From positions 135,842,001-135,906,000 of the forward strand of contig OZ024740.1 of assembly GCA_964016885.1 (NCBI GenBank): a stretch of 64,000 nt of DNA, read 5' to 3'. The stretch is from Eledone cirrhosa. Taxonomy: Eukaryota. Under the pieces are notes generated by a model that was not told the DNA's origin, did no database searches, and worked only from the letters and a program-made list of their open reading frames with translations. The position numbers and the translations under genes are program-made. Shown in pieces: positions 13,099 through 27,211 of this stretch. Position 1 is the stretch's first letter; the number at the start of each line of letters is the position of its first letter.

Positions 13099-13360
13099 TC
13101 ATCATCATCATCTTCGTTTAACGTCCATTTTCCACGCTAGCATGGGTTAGATGGGAGTTGTCCCACTTGAGGCATGGTTGGTCGGGTGACCATGTCTCGC
13201 TCATATAGGACTATCTGGCAGGTTTTCTACGGCTGGATGCCCTTCCTAACACCAACCACATTTACAGTGTGGAACTGGGAACTTTTTACCGCGTTACCTA
13301 CACAGCCACATTACAGCACGGACTGTGTGTTTTTTCTCGTGACACCTACACGATCAAAGT
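13099..13360 (-). mobile_element. RTE 3'-UTR-only copy or RTE-tailed SINE
   Basis: Aligns by eye to 11378-11625 (CATCATC..TTTAACGTCC..CCCACTTGAGGCA..GGATGCCCTTCCTAACACCAACC..GTGACACCTACACGATC). Confidence 0.8.
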
Positions 13361-13906
13361 CATAAAGTTAGTTATGTGTGTGTGTGTGTATGAGTATGAC
13401 TCATCACCATTGTTACTGCTTGCATGGGTTAGATGGGTTGTCATGTTATGTGACAAGTCAGGTCAGGTGACCATGTCTTGCTCATATGTATATTGGCTTG
13501 GTTTCTACAGCTGGATGCCCTTCCTCATACAGTGTGGACTGGGTACTTTTTATCATAGCACCAAAACGACTGTCTAATAGAGTGAACTGGGTACTTTTCC
13601 ATTGTGTCTCTAGCAGAACTGCTTTACTGTGTGGACTGGCTTTTTTCCTGTCATCAGTACGATCATCTTACAGGGAGGACTTGGTGCTTTTTGTTGCGTC
13701 ACCAGCATGACTAGTGTGTGTACAATAGATTTTCATTAATGGATATACATCATCTTTATATAACTAATTAATGACAAGAATACTGGGATTAATTAAAGAC
13801 ACTACTAATCCCAATATAAAAGTTAGATCACGTTCCTAAAATAACATCAAAGTATGCCCACTACTAATTTTCATAGAAAAAGCATATAACGATATGTGCT
13901 TTTACG

Positions 13907-14002
13907 ATTCTCTAGAAAGGCCGGAAGATAGGTAAATATTGCTGATGAGATGTAACAACATCGAAACTAGTCCAATATTCCTTGTCTGGCTTTCTGGAGA
14001 AT
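13907..14002 (+). ncRNA. Type I hammerhead ribozyme, probably from a Penelope-like pLTR
   Basis: Stem I AATATTG(13935-13941)/CAATATT(13973-13979); core CTGATGA(13942-13948); stem II GATGT-AACA-ACATC; GAAA(13963-13966); minimal stem III C-TA-G; GUC cleavage triplet ending at 13972; distal stem I extension 13907-13925 pairing with 13985-14002. Confidence 0.85.
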
Positions 14003-15555
14003 AGAGGAAAGGTGTTTCCTCAAAAACCAGTATGACTCTAAAAACCGGTTTGTCTGTGTGTTTACATACAGAATAGCTGGACACTCACAGTAAAGTGACC
14101 AGTGAAAAACTCGGTACATCTACATATGTACACGTGTGTGTATTCATATGCATACTAGTATTTCAGTATACATATGTGGATGTACATTTTTAACTTAATT
14201 GTTTAAGCGTCAGTCATACAAAAGTGAGTTACAAACGAAACGAAATTTAATTTCGTTTCGTTATTTGTTTTCATCAAAGTATGTTTTACAGATATAAAAT
14301 GCATCCAGTACACTCGGTAAAGTGTTAGTGCTCGTGTCATGATAAAATACATCCAGCCCACTCAGAAAAGTTGCAGAGCTGGTGCCATGACAAAATGTAC
14401 ATAGCACATTCTGTAAAATGCTAGTACTGGTGCTATGATAAAATACACTCAGTACAGTACATGGTCTTAAGTAGTTGGTCTTAGGAACGACATCCAGCTA
14501 TAGAAACCAGGCCAAAATATAACCTATCAGCAAGCTGTTGTCATATTCTGTTGAGTCTCAAAAAATGACAACCTATTCAACCCATGGCAAATGGGAAACA
14601 GTGGTGATGATGATGATCTGTTCTAAAGATATATCTTTGGTGCATTTACAGATATCTTTGTTTTTTCATAACTTCACAAACAACACTAACACATCTGTCA
14701 AACTAATTAACTGATTCTACAAGAAAATAATTTCATTTTTTTTTTTTTATTATTTTTGTAATCTTATTTCTTTTTGTTTTGTTTATTTGTTTATTTGTTT
14801 TTTTTTTCTATACTTTTCTTTTTATCTCTCTGAAGAAAGTGACAGAATATTGCAGTATCGTTTTTTCTTAGTAAAGTGATTAATTGCATATCATAGCAGC
14901 AGTGATGGTATAAGAAAACAATACCTTCAGGTCATTAATACATTATCAAGAGAATTTATTATTATATACCACTAAAAGTATCTAAAACTAAATAGTTTTG
15001 AAGCTCTCTATCCTTCCCTGGAAAAAATCTGCTGTATTCAGACCTGGAGAGGGAATGGGCTCCACCAGGTTTAAAAATGCCCTAAAAATATCCTATGTCA
15101 ATATAGCACCCCTTCAACTCCCTTGGGAATTGTGGGACCATGCATGCAATATAACAAAAGTTTTTTTTTTCTATTTAAATATTTATTTAAATCTCAATAA
15201 GAAGCTATGATAAATGACACTAGACCAAGATGGCAAGTAATGAGATTAAACCTGGGACCTTATGATTGTAAAGTGAATTTCTTCACCATTCAGCCAGACT
15301 GTAAATACTGTGTTGGATTTAACCATGTTGTGGTCCTCCATGAAGCTGAAAAAATAGGGTTAACCTTGCAATGAAGTGGTATCCTACCATGAGGTCTTAT
15401 ACTCTTGATTGACACTACTTGAAACCTAGATAAGCTCCTACTTGGAGAACCTCTAGGCACGAGAAAGACTGACATTTAAAAAAAGTTGTTAAAATACAGT
15501 TTAAAAGTTAAGCTTTCAGATCTATAGCATAACTTTAGTTTTCTACAGAGTTAAG

Positions 15556-15556
<1 letters not shown>

Positions 15557-15602
<46 letters not shown>
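15557..15602. repeat. poly(A) tract
   Basis: About 45 A residues; another tract at about 2803-2831. Confidence 0.95.
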
Positions 15603-15604
<2 letters not shown>

Positions 15605-18029
15605 GCCTTAAGATGGATGATAGGATGGTAATTTAAAAAACAAACATGGTTACTCAAAAGTAGAAGGGATGTGTTTATGACCTTTGAAGGACTTTAGGAA
15701 TTGGTTGGGGAAAGGAAAGTAAGAAATCACAAATTATAGGTTACTGTTTATCATTGTTCTGAATCACCCATTTTCTATTGGTTCAGCAAGAAGTTCACTT
15801 TTATAGAAATAAGTTTGATTGATATAACCCATAGCCCTGTTGTTGTTTAAACACAGATCATCCTTCATAGAGTAGACCCTATGATATGATAGCTATGTTA
15901 CTGTTTAGCCCTAGATTTAGTAGACTTTATGATAAAAAAAATTCCAGCTGTGACCATCCCATCTTTTGTTTTTCAAGCAGTTTTCTCAGACTACATTATC
16001 CGATGTGTTCTTCCTATTTTTTAAATATGCGATTTTTAGGAGGTCAAACAACCACAACAGATTTCCTTGAATCTATTTTCCTTGATTTCCATCAGCAGAT
16101 TGTAACAAATGTGTATACCTACCCTTAAAAAAATAAAATTAAACCTTTCATAAATGTACCCTTAATGTAATTCAGTATAACTGTGTGAAAAGGCTGGCCC
16201 ATTGAACTACAAGTACAGTCCATCTGATAAGCTTCCAAACAGTTTAGTCTATCCAATTTCCCTAACAAGCTTTGTGTAATGTGTTACTTGTAGCCCAATG
16301 TGGTAACCCTGCTCGGGCTGTACACCCTTAAATATAACTATTTTACTTATTTACAACAAAAGTAACATCTAACTTATGAACTCTTGTAGGAACTCTACTA
16401 AAGATTAACTATTGCTAACAGAGACCAACATCAGTTTTTTCACATTCCACACTTTACCATACATCATCATCATAATCATTTAATGCCTGTTTTTCTTGCT
16501 AGCAATGGTTGGGCATACCATTCTAATCAGCCAGTACTCAAGCAAGAGTTCTAACTACCAAGGGGGCTGGTGACCCGACATGATCCCACAATTTTCTGTA
16601 TGCATTTTATCATGGCACCAACACTAGGTAAGTTGTCATGACCTTGGCATAGCTGTAAAATTTGTTGACTCTCTGACAGTTTTTTTTACAGCTGGATGCC
16701 TTTCCTATCACCAACCACTTTACAGAAATGTATTGGGTGATAGTTTATAATATAAACTATCAACACGAGGGAAGTTGTCATGTCTATAATACAACTGAAG
16801 AGTCCTCACGACTATGTTTGGCAGATTTTCTATGGCTGGATGCCCTTCCTGTCACCAACCACTTTACAACATGTGCTAGGTGTGTTTATCATGCAGATCA
16901 CCAATTCTAATGAGTTTGTCATGTGCCTAGCACAACTAAAGATTCTTCCCAACCTTTTTTTTACATAGAAAGGTACCCCACTGTAGAAACTATATGTCAA
17001 TTTAATGAGTTTCTTATCACTCATCACTCTTATTTTCATGTCTGTTTTTCTGAATGCATTTTCTTCTGCCCGCCTTTTTTATTTTAAAGAAAAATAAAAT
17101 ACTGATCATTGTACATCAAACTGTTGAGCTGTGAAACTTCTTTATGTAGAACATAAACTGATAATGTTATCTGCATCAATATAGGCAAAGATACACACCT
17201 ATGAAATGCCACATAAGGATATATGAAATGCCACATAAGGATATATATAATGACACATATATAATGGTATATGTCTGATTATGCATGTGGAGTTGAACAC
17301 CAACATCTTTCATCTATTTTGCTTTTATTCTAATGTCCATAGAAGGTAGGAATAAATATTGAGCTGGTGATTTATTTGAGTCAGTGAAAAAACTCACAAA
17401 ATAATCATCTAAATTCTCGATATATTTGTACAGTTTTTAACGCCATATCTAGCTTTAGAAAATTTAGCAAATTATAAACACAAATCTGTCTCTCACATAT
17501 ACACGCATGCATACAGACACTTGCATACAGACACATTTATGCACAGACAAATGCAATGCAGAGTGGCGCACACACACACGTATCTGAAATATTGCAGTTA
17601 ATATGCTTCTTTTCAGGTGTGAATGAAAACAAAATAGATATTGTCAGAAAGGAAGAGTTGATAAAGTTTATCCACTAGGGTACAGTGTTGTAACTTCAAC
17701 ATCTCACAATAAGCACTAGGCTGTGTCCTTTTACATGGCATTCCAATCTGCTAGCTTCAGAATATCTAGCTGGTACTCTATATTTTATCAAGCCCCCAAA
17801 ATAGTAGACTTTTGCAGGATTTGATCTTTAGTGCTGCAACACATTCCAGGAAATATTCTCTTTTATGCTCTAATGACTTTGCCAATTTGCTGCCCACACA
17901 CACACACATCTATACATACGCACAAATATATGCATACACATACATCCCCTGCCCAACACTTTCTAACAGTGAAAATAGATGTTAAAGGATGATGATGATG
18001 ATGGATTATCTGTTGATTTCGACGATATA

Positions 18030-18360
18030 TGTTCAGTTTTTTAGTCAATTGATCTACCCCCTTCTTCGCCCATGTATTCCTGAGAGGATCATGGGGGCAG
18101 AGTCCTCAAACACGCCTTCCAGCGGGTCATGTCAGAAGCAACTGTTTCCAACTGATCAGGCTGGATCCCCAAATGAAACCAGCCAAGCTCAAGGATCTCA
18201 TCCAACCATCTTGTTTGGAGTCTACCCCTGGGTCTCCTGCTGGTTGGTTTTGCCTGTAAAATCTGTCCAGCGATTCTTTCCCCGAGACATTCTGCCTGTA
18301 GTATAAGAGCTGTAATCTCTTAATTCAGAGAAGTAGTGGCTCTATCTGAGAAGCCCCTTG
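18030..18360 (-). mobile_element. Decayed RTE 3' fragment
   Basis: Shares CCTCAAACAC(G/A)CCTTCCAG..GGATCCC..AGCCAAGCTCAAG..GTCTACCC..AGAAGTAGTGGCTCTA with 26195-26450; the minus strand reads like GRPxxRW and RWxGH motifs. Confidence 0.55.
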
Positions 18361-20131
18361 ATTGAATTGGACAGTCACAAACATCTTTAAAGTAATCTCA
18401 GACAGAATCAACATGATACATTGTGTGTTTGACAAGGCTGAGGGACTCCTACAGTTTTTCATTTACTCTATTTTGCTCACATCAATTAAACACTCAATCA
18501 CCCGCACCCAAATTGTATGGCCTTATTCCAATGTGAGAATCCATTCTTAGATGTTTCAGTTTAAATCTTACCAAAGTTGACTTATACATTCTACATCTTG
18601 TTGTTGCTGTTTAACCTCACCTTAAAATTGGTTGAGCAAGCTTTTTTTTTATTGTTTAGTCAGGGAGGGAAGGGTTGTGCTTATGACTATTTCCAGAGCC
18701 TCAGGGATTAGAGGGAGGATGGTATTCTTAAACTGGAAGATCTGGTCTGAATGCTTGCAGCAAAACAGACTTTGCCTAAGGCACTCAAGGGTTAGGTGGT
18801 GATATTAAACTAGGCAACCATTGAGTCTACCACCCAAAACCTATGATCAAAAGCCTTCCAGCTGCAACTATACCATTTCTCTTTCAAACAATGCATTTAA
18901 AACTACATTATACAATGTTTCTATTTGTTTTTAAGATAATTAAGATGTAATTTGAGGGATGTGGGTTGCTATTTCTAGCATGTTGAGTGACTGGATAGAA
19001 GCTCCCTTATTAACTCCTCATATTCTACATTGATTTGGTCTTTAAAGCAACATAAATTTTCAACCATCATCTCAGCCAATGGTTCCCAATCGTTTGGCTT
19101 TGAGGATTTCATTTTTAACCCTTTTGTTACTATATTTCTAATGACACACATTGTGTTTAATGAGGAATTTGGTGGAATTTACTAGCATAATTAATTATTT
19201 CATTATTAAGATTTTTAATAAATGGTTCTTATATATAAAATTATATTGGAAAATTTAAATTTAAATATGGATGGTTTAGTTTCATAAGACCAGAGGTAGT
19301 TTTGGACAGGTTGGTAACAAAAGGATTAAATGTATTTTCCCTTGTACCCAAGGCATTTGAAAGGTCTGTTTACTCAACAAACCCATGGAACCCCAACACT
19401 CACTTTGTGTGTCTCCAGTTGTCCACAGGCTACAAGTTGGGAATCACTAATCTAAGCCAGACAATTGAAGAAAACTAGATCTTATAATTATTAAATATTC
19501 AATATAGATTCCCATTTGTTTTTGCTTTGTTTTTATGCACCAGACTTACAACATATACTAAGAAAATAAACAAGAAAGAGTTAATAATGTAAATATGTTT
19601 TGTTGGAGCTGTTCAGATCATAACTATTAATAAATGTCTATGTTTATCATGGTCAGCCTTCTATTTGAGATTTTAGCTATATGATAAAAGGTTAATAAGC
19701 TTTTCAGATTATTTTCACAGATTGATATTTATGAAGCAATGAAAGCAAGAGAAAACTATAGATTTCATTTAAGAAAACTCCAGAGTCACTAGTTTGTAAT
19801 GTGTCTTGTCAGCACATTTGTAGATTGAATCTGAAAATATATCATTTTAATAAGTATTAATTTTATCCTGTTTTAGTTGGTCATTTTTTACTAAAAAATC
19901 ATTCTTTACATTGTCTAGACCAGTGGTCTTCAAACTAGTTTTATTGTGAAATCTTTATATGATTTTTTTTTTAAAAATCACAGGACCCATATTTATATTT
20001 TATAGACAATCCATACCTCCCAAATTTTAATAAGACATTAACTATTTGAAACTACCCATGAATCTATAATACAAAGCCATTTATTTTAAAGAATTTATAT
20101 TTAAAAAAAAAACCTTCCTTCATAATTTAAT

Positions 20132-20309
20132 TGTTTCTACTTTAGGCACAAGGCCAGCAATTACCCAGTGCACTGGTACTTTATTTTATCGACCCCGTAA
20201 GGATGAAAGGCAAAGTTAACCTCGGCGGGATTTGAACTCAGAATGGCAAGGGACGTAACTATGCGTCAAAGCATGGCGTCCGACCCTCTACCAATACTGC
20301 CAATCCACC
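20132..20309 (-). mobile_element. Young family A SINE with 21-bp TSD
   Basis: AACCTTCCTTCATAATTTAAT at 20111-20131 and 20310-20330. Confidence 0.92.
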
Positions 20310-21691
20310 AACCTTCCTTCATAATTTAATGTAAGAACATTTGTTATGTTCCAAGCACCAACTCAATATTGCAACAATTACATTACTAAATCCCTTCAAA
20401 TTATTGATTATTTAAAAAAAATATATTTGAAAATCATATGCGATCTTACATTAGAAATATGGTAACAAAAAGGTTAAATATAATAACATCTATTTTATAG
20501 AGAGAATTTATTCATATATTTAAAAAAATGAATAAACGAATCTTTATTAAATTTTATTTAAAAAGACACCTTATATCATGGCACACTACTATTCTCTTTT
20601 TTTTTTTGCAGAACCTACTTTTGGAAACATAGATATATATATCATCTGGTGTCTTCATCCTTCCACCCCCACCTTACAAATGGTCTGAGTCACATTACAT
20701 TATTTCATCCAACTGACATTAATCAAATAATTACTGCTAAAAAATGTTAGCCTCTTTTACAAGCTGCCAGGGGTAGTATATCATACAAGCAAGAATAAAA
20801 AAAAATTTAAGAGAGGAAAGGAAACCCTTGTTTCTAACTATATTAGAAGTCACAATCTATACAAGTAAAAAGTACTTTTTTAAAGTTTACTTTAATTTTA
20901 TCTATTTAGTCTACCCTAACACAAATTAGAGTGTATATGTGTGAGTAACAACAATTTGTAGTCAGGTTGTGTATTACTTAGAAGTCAGAAATATTGTGAC
21001 ATGTATTAACCAAATCTAATTGAAAAGGGATTGTATTAAAACCAATCTTCTCAAACCTGAAAAAAATATATATAGAATAAAAACAACCTCTTGTCATGGC
21101 AGACACAAAACTGGTTTCTAAATAATGAATAGAGTTGTTTCAAATGACATTAAGTGAAGTTAATGGGTAAGGCTCTGAAAAGGTACTTGACTTTTAACTT
21201 GGAGATATTAGACTAAGACCACTAGTATTTGAAGGAATTACTTTCCTGCTATGATGGGGCTCTATGTCAATGTGGGAATATATTTCATTGATTAAGAATT
21301 CTTATACAATTAATGAGCTGTACCTGTTTGACCACAGACATGGTTTCATATCCCTTATATTGAAACTAATGTAATTATGTCCAGGAAGAGCCATAAAAAA
21401 AACAAACAAACAGAAAAAACTGCTAAATTCACTTTACATTCATCATATATTTCCTAGTGTCAGAAATTATTTATCACACTGTTTGCAACACAGTCACTGA
21501 CACAATTCCAATGTATTTGTAAATGTTAAGTGAATTTAACAGTTTTAGTGCATTTTCTGAATAGCTAAAATTATTCTTCCATAATGTAATTATTACAAAT
21601 GAATAAAGGAAATAGATAGCGTTTTGTTTGTGATTATTAAAACACAAAAAGACTTTATATTTTCCGAGAGAGAAAGAAGGGAAGTTGTGGC

Positions 21692-22060
21692 ATTCATCAT
21701 CATCTTTATGTCCATTTTTCTACACTTGGGTCCTTTTCAGCACAGCATCTCCACTCATTGCATTCCCTTGCCATCTCCTCTGTGAGACTCAGTGATTTGA
21801 GATCAGCACTCACCACCTCCACCTAGGTCTTCCTTCACGGATTTCTTTGCACTTCTTCACCCAGCAATCATCCATGTGCATCACATGTCCTTACCAACGA
21901 AGTCTTCTCTTGTGCACTATTTCGGTTTCTTCTTAAACCCAGTTTCTCAGTTCATCCATTTACATTGCACATCCAACGAAGCATGGTAGCTTCATTTCAT
22001 GTCCTCTGCAGTCACTACCCATGCTAAGCTACCATGCAGCATCACACTTCATAACCTCCA
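21692..22060 (-). mobile_element. Decayed RTE 3' fragment
   Basis: CATCACATGTCCTTACCAACGAAGTCTTCTC is the antisense of RRLRW.GHVM; (CAT)n tail at the left end; similar fragment at about 22740-22980. Confidence 0.6.
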
Positions 22061-22534
22061 ACCAAATATTAAAAGTAGCAGTGAACTTGGCAAACTAAGA
22101 ACTTACTGCTTCTATGGAACTCACCATAAGAAAATATATAATTTACTTACAAGGTCACAAATTTTGGGTGAGTTATTAGATTAAATCGACCCTAATACTC
22201 GACTGGTACTTTATTTTATTGATGCCAGAGGGATAAAAAGTAAAGTTAACTTCAGCAGAATTTGAACTCAGAATGTAAATGGCTGTAACTAAATACCACA
22301 AGGCTTTTTGTTTGTTACCCACTAATGATTTTGCCAATCCAGTTTTTGCAAATCCACTGCTCTACTATGCTGGATATAGACAATATACACCATGACAGGA
22401 AGAAGTCTAAGAGAAAAAGTTAAAAATACTACAAATATTTATTTAATAAGTATTCACATTATATTTGGTGATGATGGATTTAATTCAGATATAGACTGTC
22501 CCTGCTCTTCTCCCACAGTAATTTACAGATAAAT

Positions 22535-22657
22535 AGAGAGAGAGAGAGAGAGAGAACGAGAGAGAGAGAGAGAGAACGAGAGAGAAAGAGAACGAGAGAG
22601 AGAGAGAACGAGAGAGAAAGAGAACGAGAGAGAAAGAGAACGAGAGAGAGAGAGAAC

Positions 22658-22688
<31 letters not shown>

Positions 22689-22729
22689 AGAGAGCAAGAG
22701 AGAGAGAACGAGAGAGAGAGAGAGAGAGA
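22535..22729. repeat. Compound (GA)n microsatellite with GAAC interruptions
   Basis: Direct observation; source of the SLSL ORFs. Confidence 0.95.
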
Positions 22730-23454
22730 ATCATTGTCATCCATCATTTTTCTGTCCACTTTTCCATGTCGTAAAGTGTTTCGCTAGTCTGTGTTAATCC
22801 AGCATCTCACCACTCGTAGTTTTTCATAACCAATATCCTGAGATCAAACTATATCACTTCTTTGGCAGACTCTCCTTCCATTTGAATCACTTGACACTTT
22901 TTCATCCAACCAATCATTCTACATATATGACATGTCTATAGCATTGAAGTCTTCTTTCTTACACATTATGGTTGCTATTTTTAAAATCCAGTTTAATAAA
23001 AAATATAAAGTGGCAAGTTGGTAGAGTCATTAGTGTGCGTGACAAAATACCTTGTAATATTTGTTCCAGCTCTCTGTACCCTAAAACCAAATCCTGCTTT
23101 GACGAAAGTTGTTTTCCATCTTTTTGGGATCAATTGATAAAATAAAGTATTAGTCTAGGGTGGTGAATTGGTGGAATAGTTAGAGCATTGGATGAAATAC
23201 CTTGGTTTAGCACTACTACCTGGCCCTTGGATTTTTTTTCGTAGAAACTGTTAGAAACATTTGAATTAGGTCTCCAGTTTGAGGATGCTCATTTCCCTCC
23301 CTCCTACCAGTCTCAGAGACTGCCCTGAAAAGCACCATGGACGCTGCCCTATAAGAGTGCTCACATACACAGAAAGGTATGTTCAGATGATACCTTTACA
23401 TATGATTTACACCGTTATTAAGCAGTGACTTTATTCTGCTTATTTTATTGTTTA

Positions 23455-23746
23455 CTAGCAGAATGGCCCGGCATTGTTCGGTGTTCTAAACATAGATTGA
23501 CATGTTTATCCCTGCTTTCTGAAACAGTTTCGTCGCATGTTCACCAATTGATGCAGAAGTCCTAATAAAAAGTGAAGTCGCCTTAGGTGAATAGGCAACT
23601 AATTTTCCATTAAGATTTTTCAAAAGCATGTAATTGCGTTCCCTCTCTTTTTTGTTGTTGTTTTTGCTGCTGTCAAGCCTTGTGAAATAAATACATTTGT
23701 TTATATTTTGTTATTGTGTATGCAAAAATATCTGTACACGAATATA

Positions 23747-23777
<31 letters not shown>

Positions 23778-25324
23778 TAAGAACATAGATTTTACATGTG
23801 GCCGGTGTTCTGGTGCAATAAGTAGCAGCAAGTGCCCACAAAATACTAGCTCTTTCAATTGCGCAGAGGGTTCTATAGAAATAGTGGACAGCTTCCGTTA
23901 CCTGGGCGATAAAATCAGCAGTGGGGGAGGGTGCTCTGAAAGTACTGTAGCTAGAGTCAGAACTGGTTGGAAAAAGTTCAGAGAGCTTATACCACTATTA
24001 GCTGCTAAAGGGTTCTCCCTAAAAATGAAAGGCAGGTTGTACGATGCCTGCATACGAACAGCAATGCTGCATGGCAGTGAGACCTGGGCATTGTGTGCAG
24101 AGGATATACGCAGACTAGAGAGGAACGAAGCTTGCATGCTCTGCTGGATGTGTAACAGTAATATACGTGAACGGCAAAGCATAAACGAACTAAGGAAAAA
24201 ATTAGAGATAAGAGGGATCAGATGTTGTTTACTCGAGAGAAGGCTACGTTGGTATGGACACGTGATGCGCATGAAAGTCGATAGCTGTATAACAAAGTGC
24301 AGGGCAATAAAGATAGACGGTAGTCACGGAATAGGCAGACCTAGAAAAACCTGGGACGAGCTGATAAACTCCGACATCACACACTTACACCTCTCCAAGA
24401 CAATGTCACTGGACCGAGACCTTTGGCGGTACTCAGTAACAGAGAAGACCCGCCTTACCTAAATATATAGTAAAACCTACTCCAGCCAGTAGGCATCTCT
24501 AACAAAATACACCCCGTCCCACCACCACCACCCCCACCCCATCCACACCACCCCGTTCTATGTAAAGTTATGTTGGTGCCGCGCCATCGAGGCCGAAACA
24601 AATGAGATCGTGTAGGTGTCACGACAAAAAAACACACAGTCCACGCTGTAATGTGGCCGTGTAGGCAACACGGTAAAAACCTCCCAGTCCCACACTGTAA
24701 ATGTGGTTGGTGTTAGGAAGGGCATCCAACTGTAGAAAACCTGCCAGACAGTCCTATGCGAGCAAGACAATCACTCTTGCCTCAAGTGGGGGACTACCCC
24801 CGTCCAAACCCATGCAAGCGTGGAACACGGACGTTAAACGTTGATGATGATGATGATGATGATGATATATATATATACATTAAAATAACAGATTAAAGTT
24901 TAAGCAAAGAATCGCTGCTTTCATCCTTAACGGGATCTTCTGAAACTAAAAAAAAAATCAATCTGTGAATGCAGAAGTAAATATTTCGAAAAACGTTACA
25001 CACTATATATATATATACACACACACACTATATATATACATATATATACACACACACATAGCGAAGTCAATGTCGTAATGCAGACATATAAGGGTGCAAC
25101 ATTATAGCTATGTATCTATCTAAAAAGACTAAGAAAGACAGAGAGATGGCTAACCGGCGCCTAATGCGGTCCCTAGGGCATAGGAAATTTGAAGTATCTT
25201 TTGCTCAAAACACTCACACGACCATAAGTATTACATGTGTAAAGTTTGAAAAAAATCAGTTGGGTGGTTCTCGAGTTTTAGGGAGTCAGACAGCCATAGA
25301 CATTCTCTGTTTTAGATATATAGA
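23455..25324 (-). mobile_element. Non-autonomous Helitron (family H2) carrying RTE copy 2
   Basis: Minus strand begins A|TCTATATATCTAAAAC at 25324 and ends ..CCGAACAATGCCGGGCCATTCTGCTAG|T at 23455; internal segment 24878-24998 matches 52373-52490. Confidence 0.7.
23777..24866 (+). mobile_element. 5'-truncated RTE-clade LINE (copy 2) inserted in (TA)n
   Basis: Near-identical to copy 1 from KNIDFTCGRC to the stop at 24462, plus 3' UTR and (GAT)n tail; (TA)n on both sides. The ORF N-terminus (MYAKISV..YIYI) is flanking microsatellite. Confidence 0.95.
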
Positions 25325-27029
25325 TAAACTAGATTCATTTTCTAAAGACAATATCTGTTCAACATCACCATTTGAAACCTTCTGAAAGGCAAACCAATCA
25401 AAGAGCTTCTATGCAGTTGTTCAACTTATTAGAATTAGTAGCTAAATCTCCCTCAAATCACAAACTATTGACTTAAAAAGCGAAAAATACATTAGATAAT
25501 GTAGTTTGAGGTATACTAAGCTTGAAAAAAAAACAACAAAAAACAGCAGAATGATCATGGTTGAAGTATCTTTGATCATAGGTCTGCTTGATTTGGAACA
25601 ATGTGGGGATAAACAACAACCTCCTGTTAGACAAATCAATGTGGTTACTCTATGTGGTTACTTGACTTGACAGGAACAGCAGTCATGTTTCTCATAAATC
25701 ATATCCTAATTTAAAAAAATGGAGTCTGCATTGAAAAATATAGTATCCTAGACAGAATGTCTGAAAAAAGATGGAACGGGAATTGTTAATACCCCAACTT
25801 CTTGAAACAAATTCTTACAACATCAACCTCTTTACAACTCTCAAATTCATAGAAGTGTGTGTTGTGTGTGTGTGTGCATGTGAGTGTGGGAGTGTGTGTG
25901 CGTATACGTTCATGTGCGTATACGTTCATGTGCGTAGGTTCCTAAATTTTACAAAAAACCATCTATCTGGTATTTTCTTAGGATCACTTCACAGTGGAAG
26001 TCCTGTCCACCCCATATATTATAACAAGTACTAATATTCAGCTCATATTCCATACAGATTCAATCACTCTAAAATGCAGTTCAGTAGAAAATCTATCTAT
26101 TTGAGCCAATGAATTGGTTCTTCAACACACTAAAAATAGCAGCCACATCTTTTTCAAAGTACACCTTTACTGTCCAAGAAAAATCTCTTCTCTGCCCACT
26201 TATTCCCCGAGAGGCTTGTGCGGGCAGAATCCTCAAACACACCTTCCAGTAGGTCTTGTCTCCAACTGGATCCCTAAAAGACACCAGCCAAGCTCAAGTA
26301 TGTTATCCAACCATATTGCTCGGGGTCTACCCTTGGTTTTGCCCGTAAAATCTGTCCAGAGATTCTTTCCTGAGACATTCTAACCATATACCCATAGTAT
26401 TAGAGCTGTGATCTCTCAATTCGGAGAAGTAGTGGCTCTACCTGGAGTGACTCTCTTCCAATAAAATTTCCAGTCTGACTGCACATGTCAATCCTGTTAT
26501 TGAAAATGATGAAAAGGGAAGGTGACATTATGCATTCTTGGCAGAGTCTAACTCACATATCAAATGGTTTCGATATAGCACCATTTATCTGAACACAAAT
26601 ACTCAGGCATTAGTATAGAGACATCAGGACAGCAAGAAGAAAAATATTGGATAATATAGTCCTGAGTGCATTTTGCCTGGAGAAAAATAAGATGGTCACA
26701 GATGGAATACCTTTTATCATAGGTTTACTAGATCTGGGCTAACCAACAAAATACAGTAACAATTATCTACTGGCCCTTTGGTGAATTTAATAGAATCACC
26801 ACTATTGCAAACACTCAAGCTAAAACATCTGTTGTGAAATCAACCCAAACTCTTGAAGCTATACTCTCTTCTTCCTCTACTGCTTTGCTGATTGTGCTAA
26901 TCATCAGAAGAAAAGATTTCTCAACAAGAACATAATACAGATAATTAGAGACTGGTATATATAGTTCTTTAGGAGATTGCCTTATAAGTTGGCACATAAT
27001 CCTATATTCACATCACCTTCCCAGATTGT

Positions 27030-27211
27030 GTTTGGCAGTATTGGTAGAGGGTCGGACGCCATGCTTTCCAGCATAGTTACGTCCCTTTACGATCTGAGTT
27101 CAAATCCTGCCGAGGTTGACTTTGCCTTTCATCCTTACGGGGTCAATAAAATAAAGTACCAGTAATGCACTGGGTAATTGCTGGCCTTGTGCCTAAAGTA
27201 GAAACAGTTAT
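27030..27211 (+). mobile_element. Family A SINE
   Basis: B-box GAGTTCAAATCC, conserved core and tail. Confidence 0.88.

Noticed and set aside
14924-14980. 57-bp minus-strand segment with AG/GT borders
   Set aside because: Stops in all three frames; at most a UTR exon, with no support.
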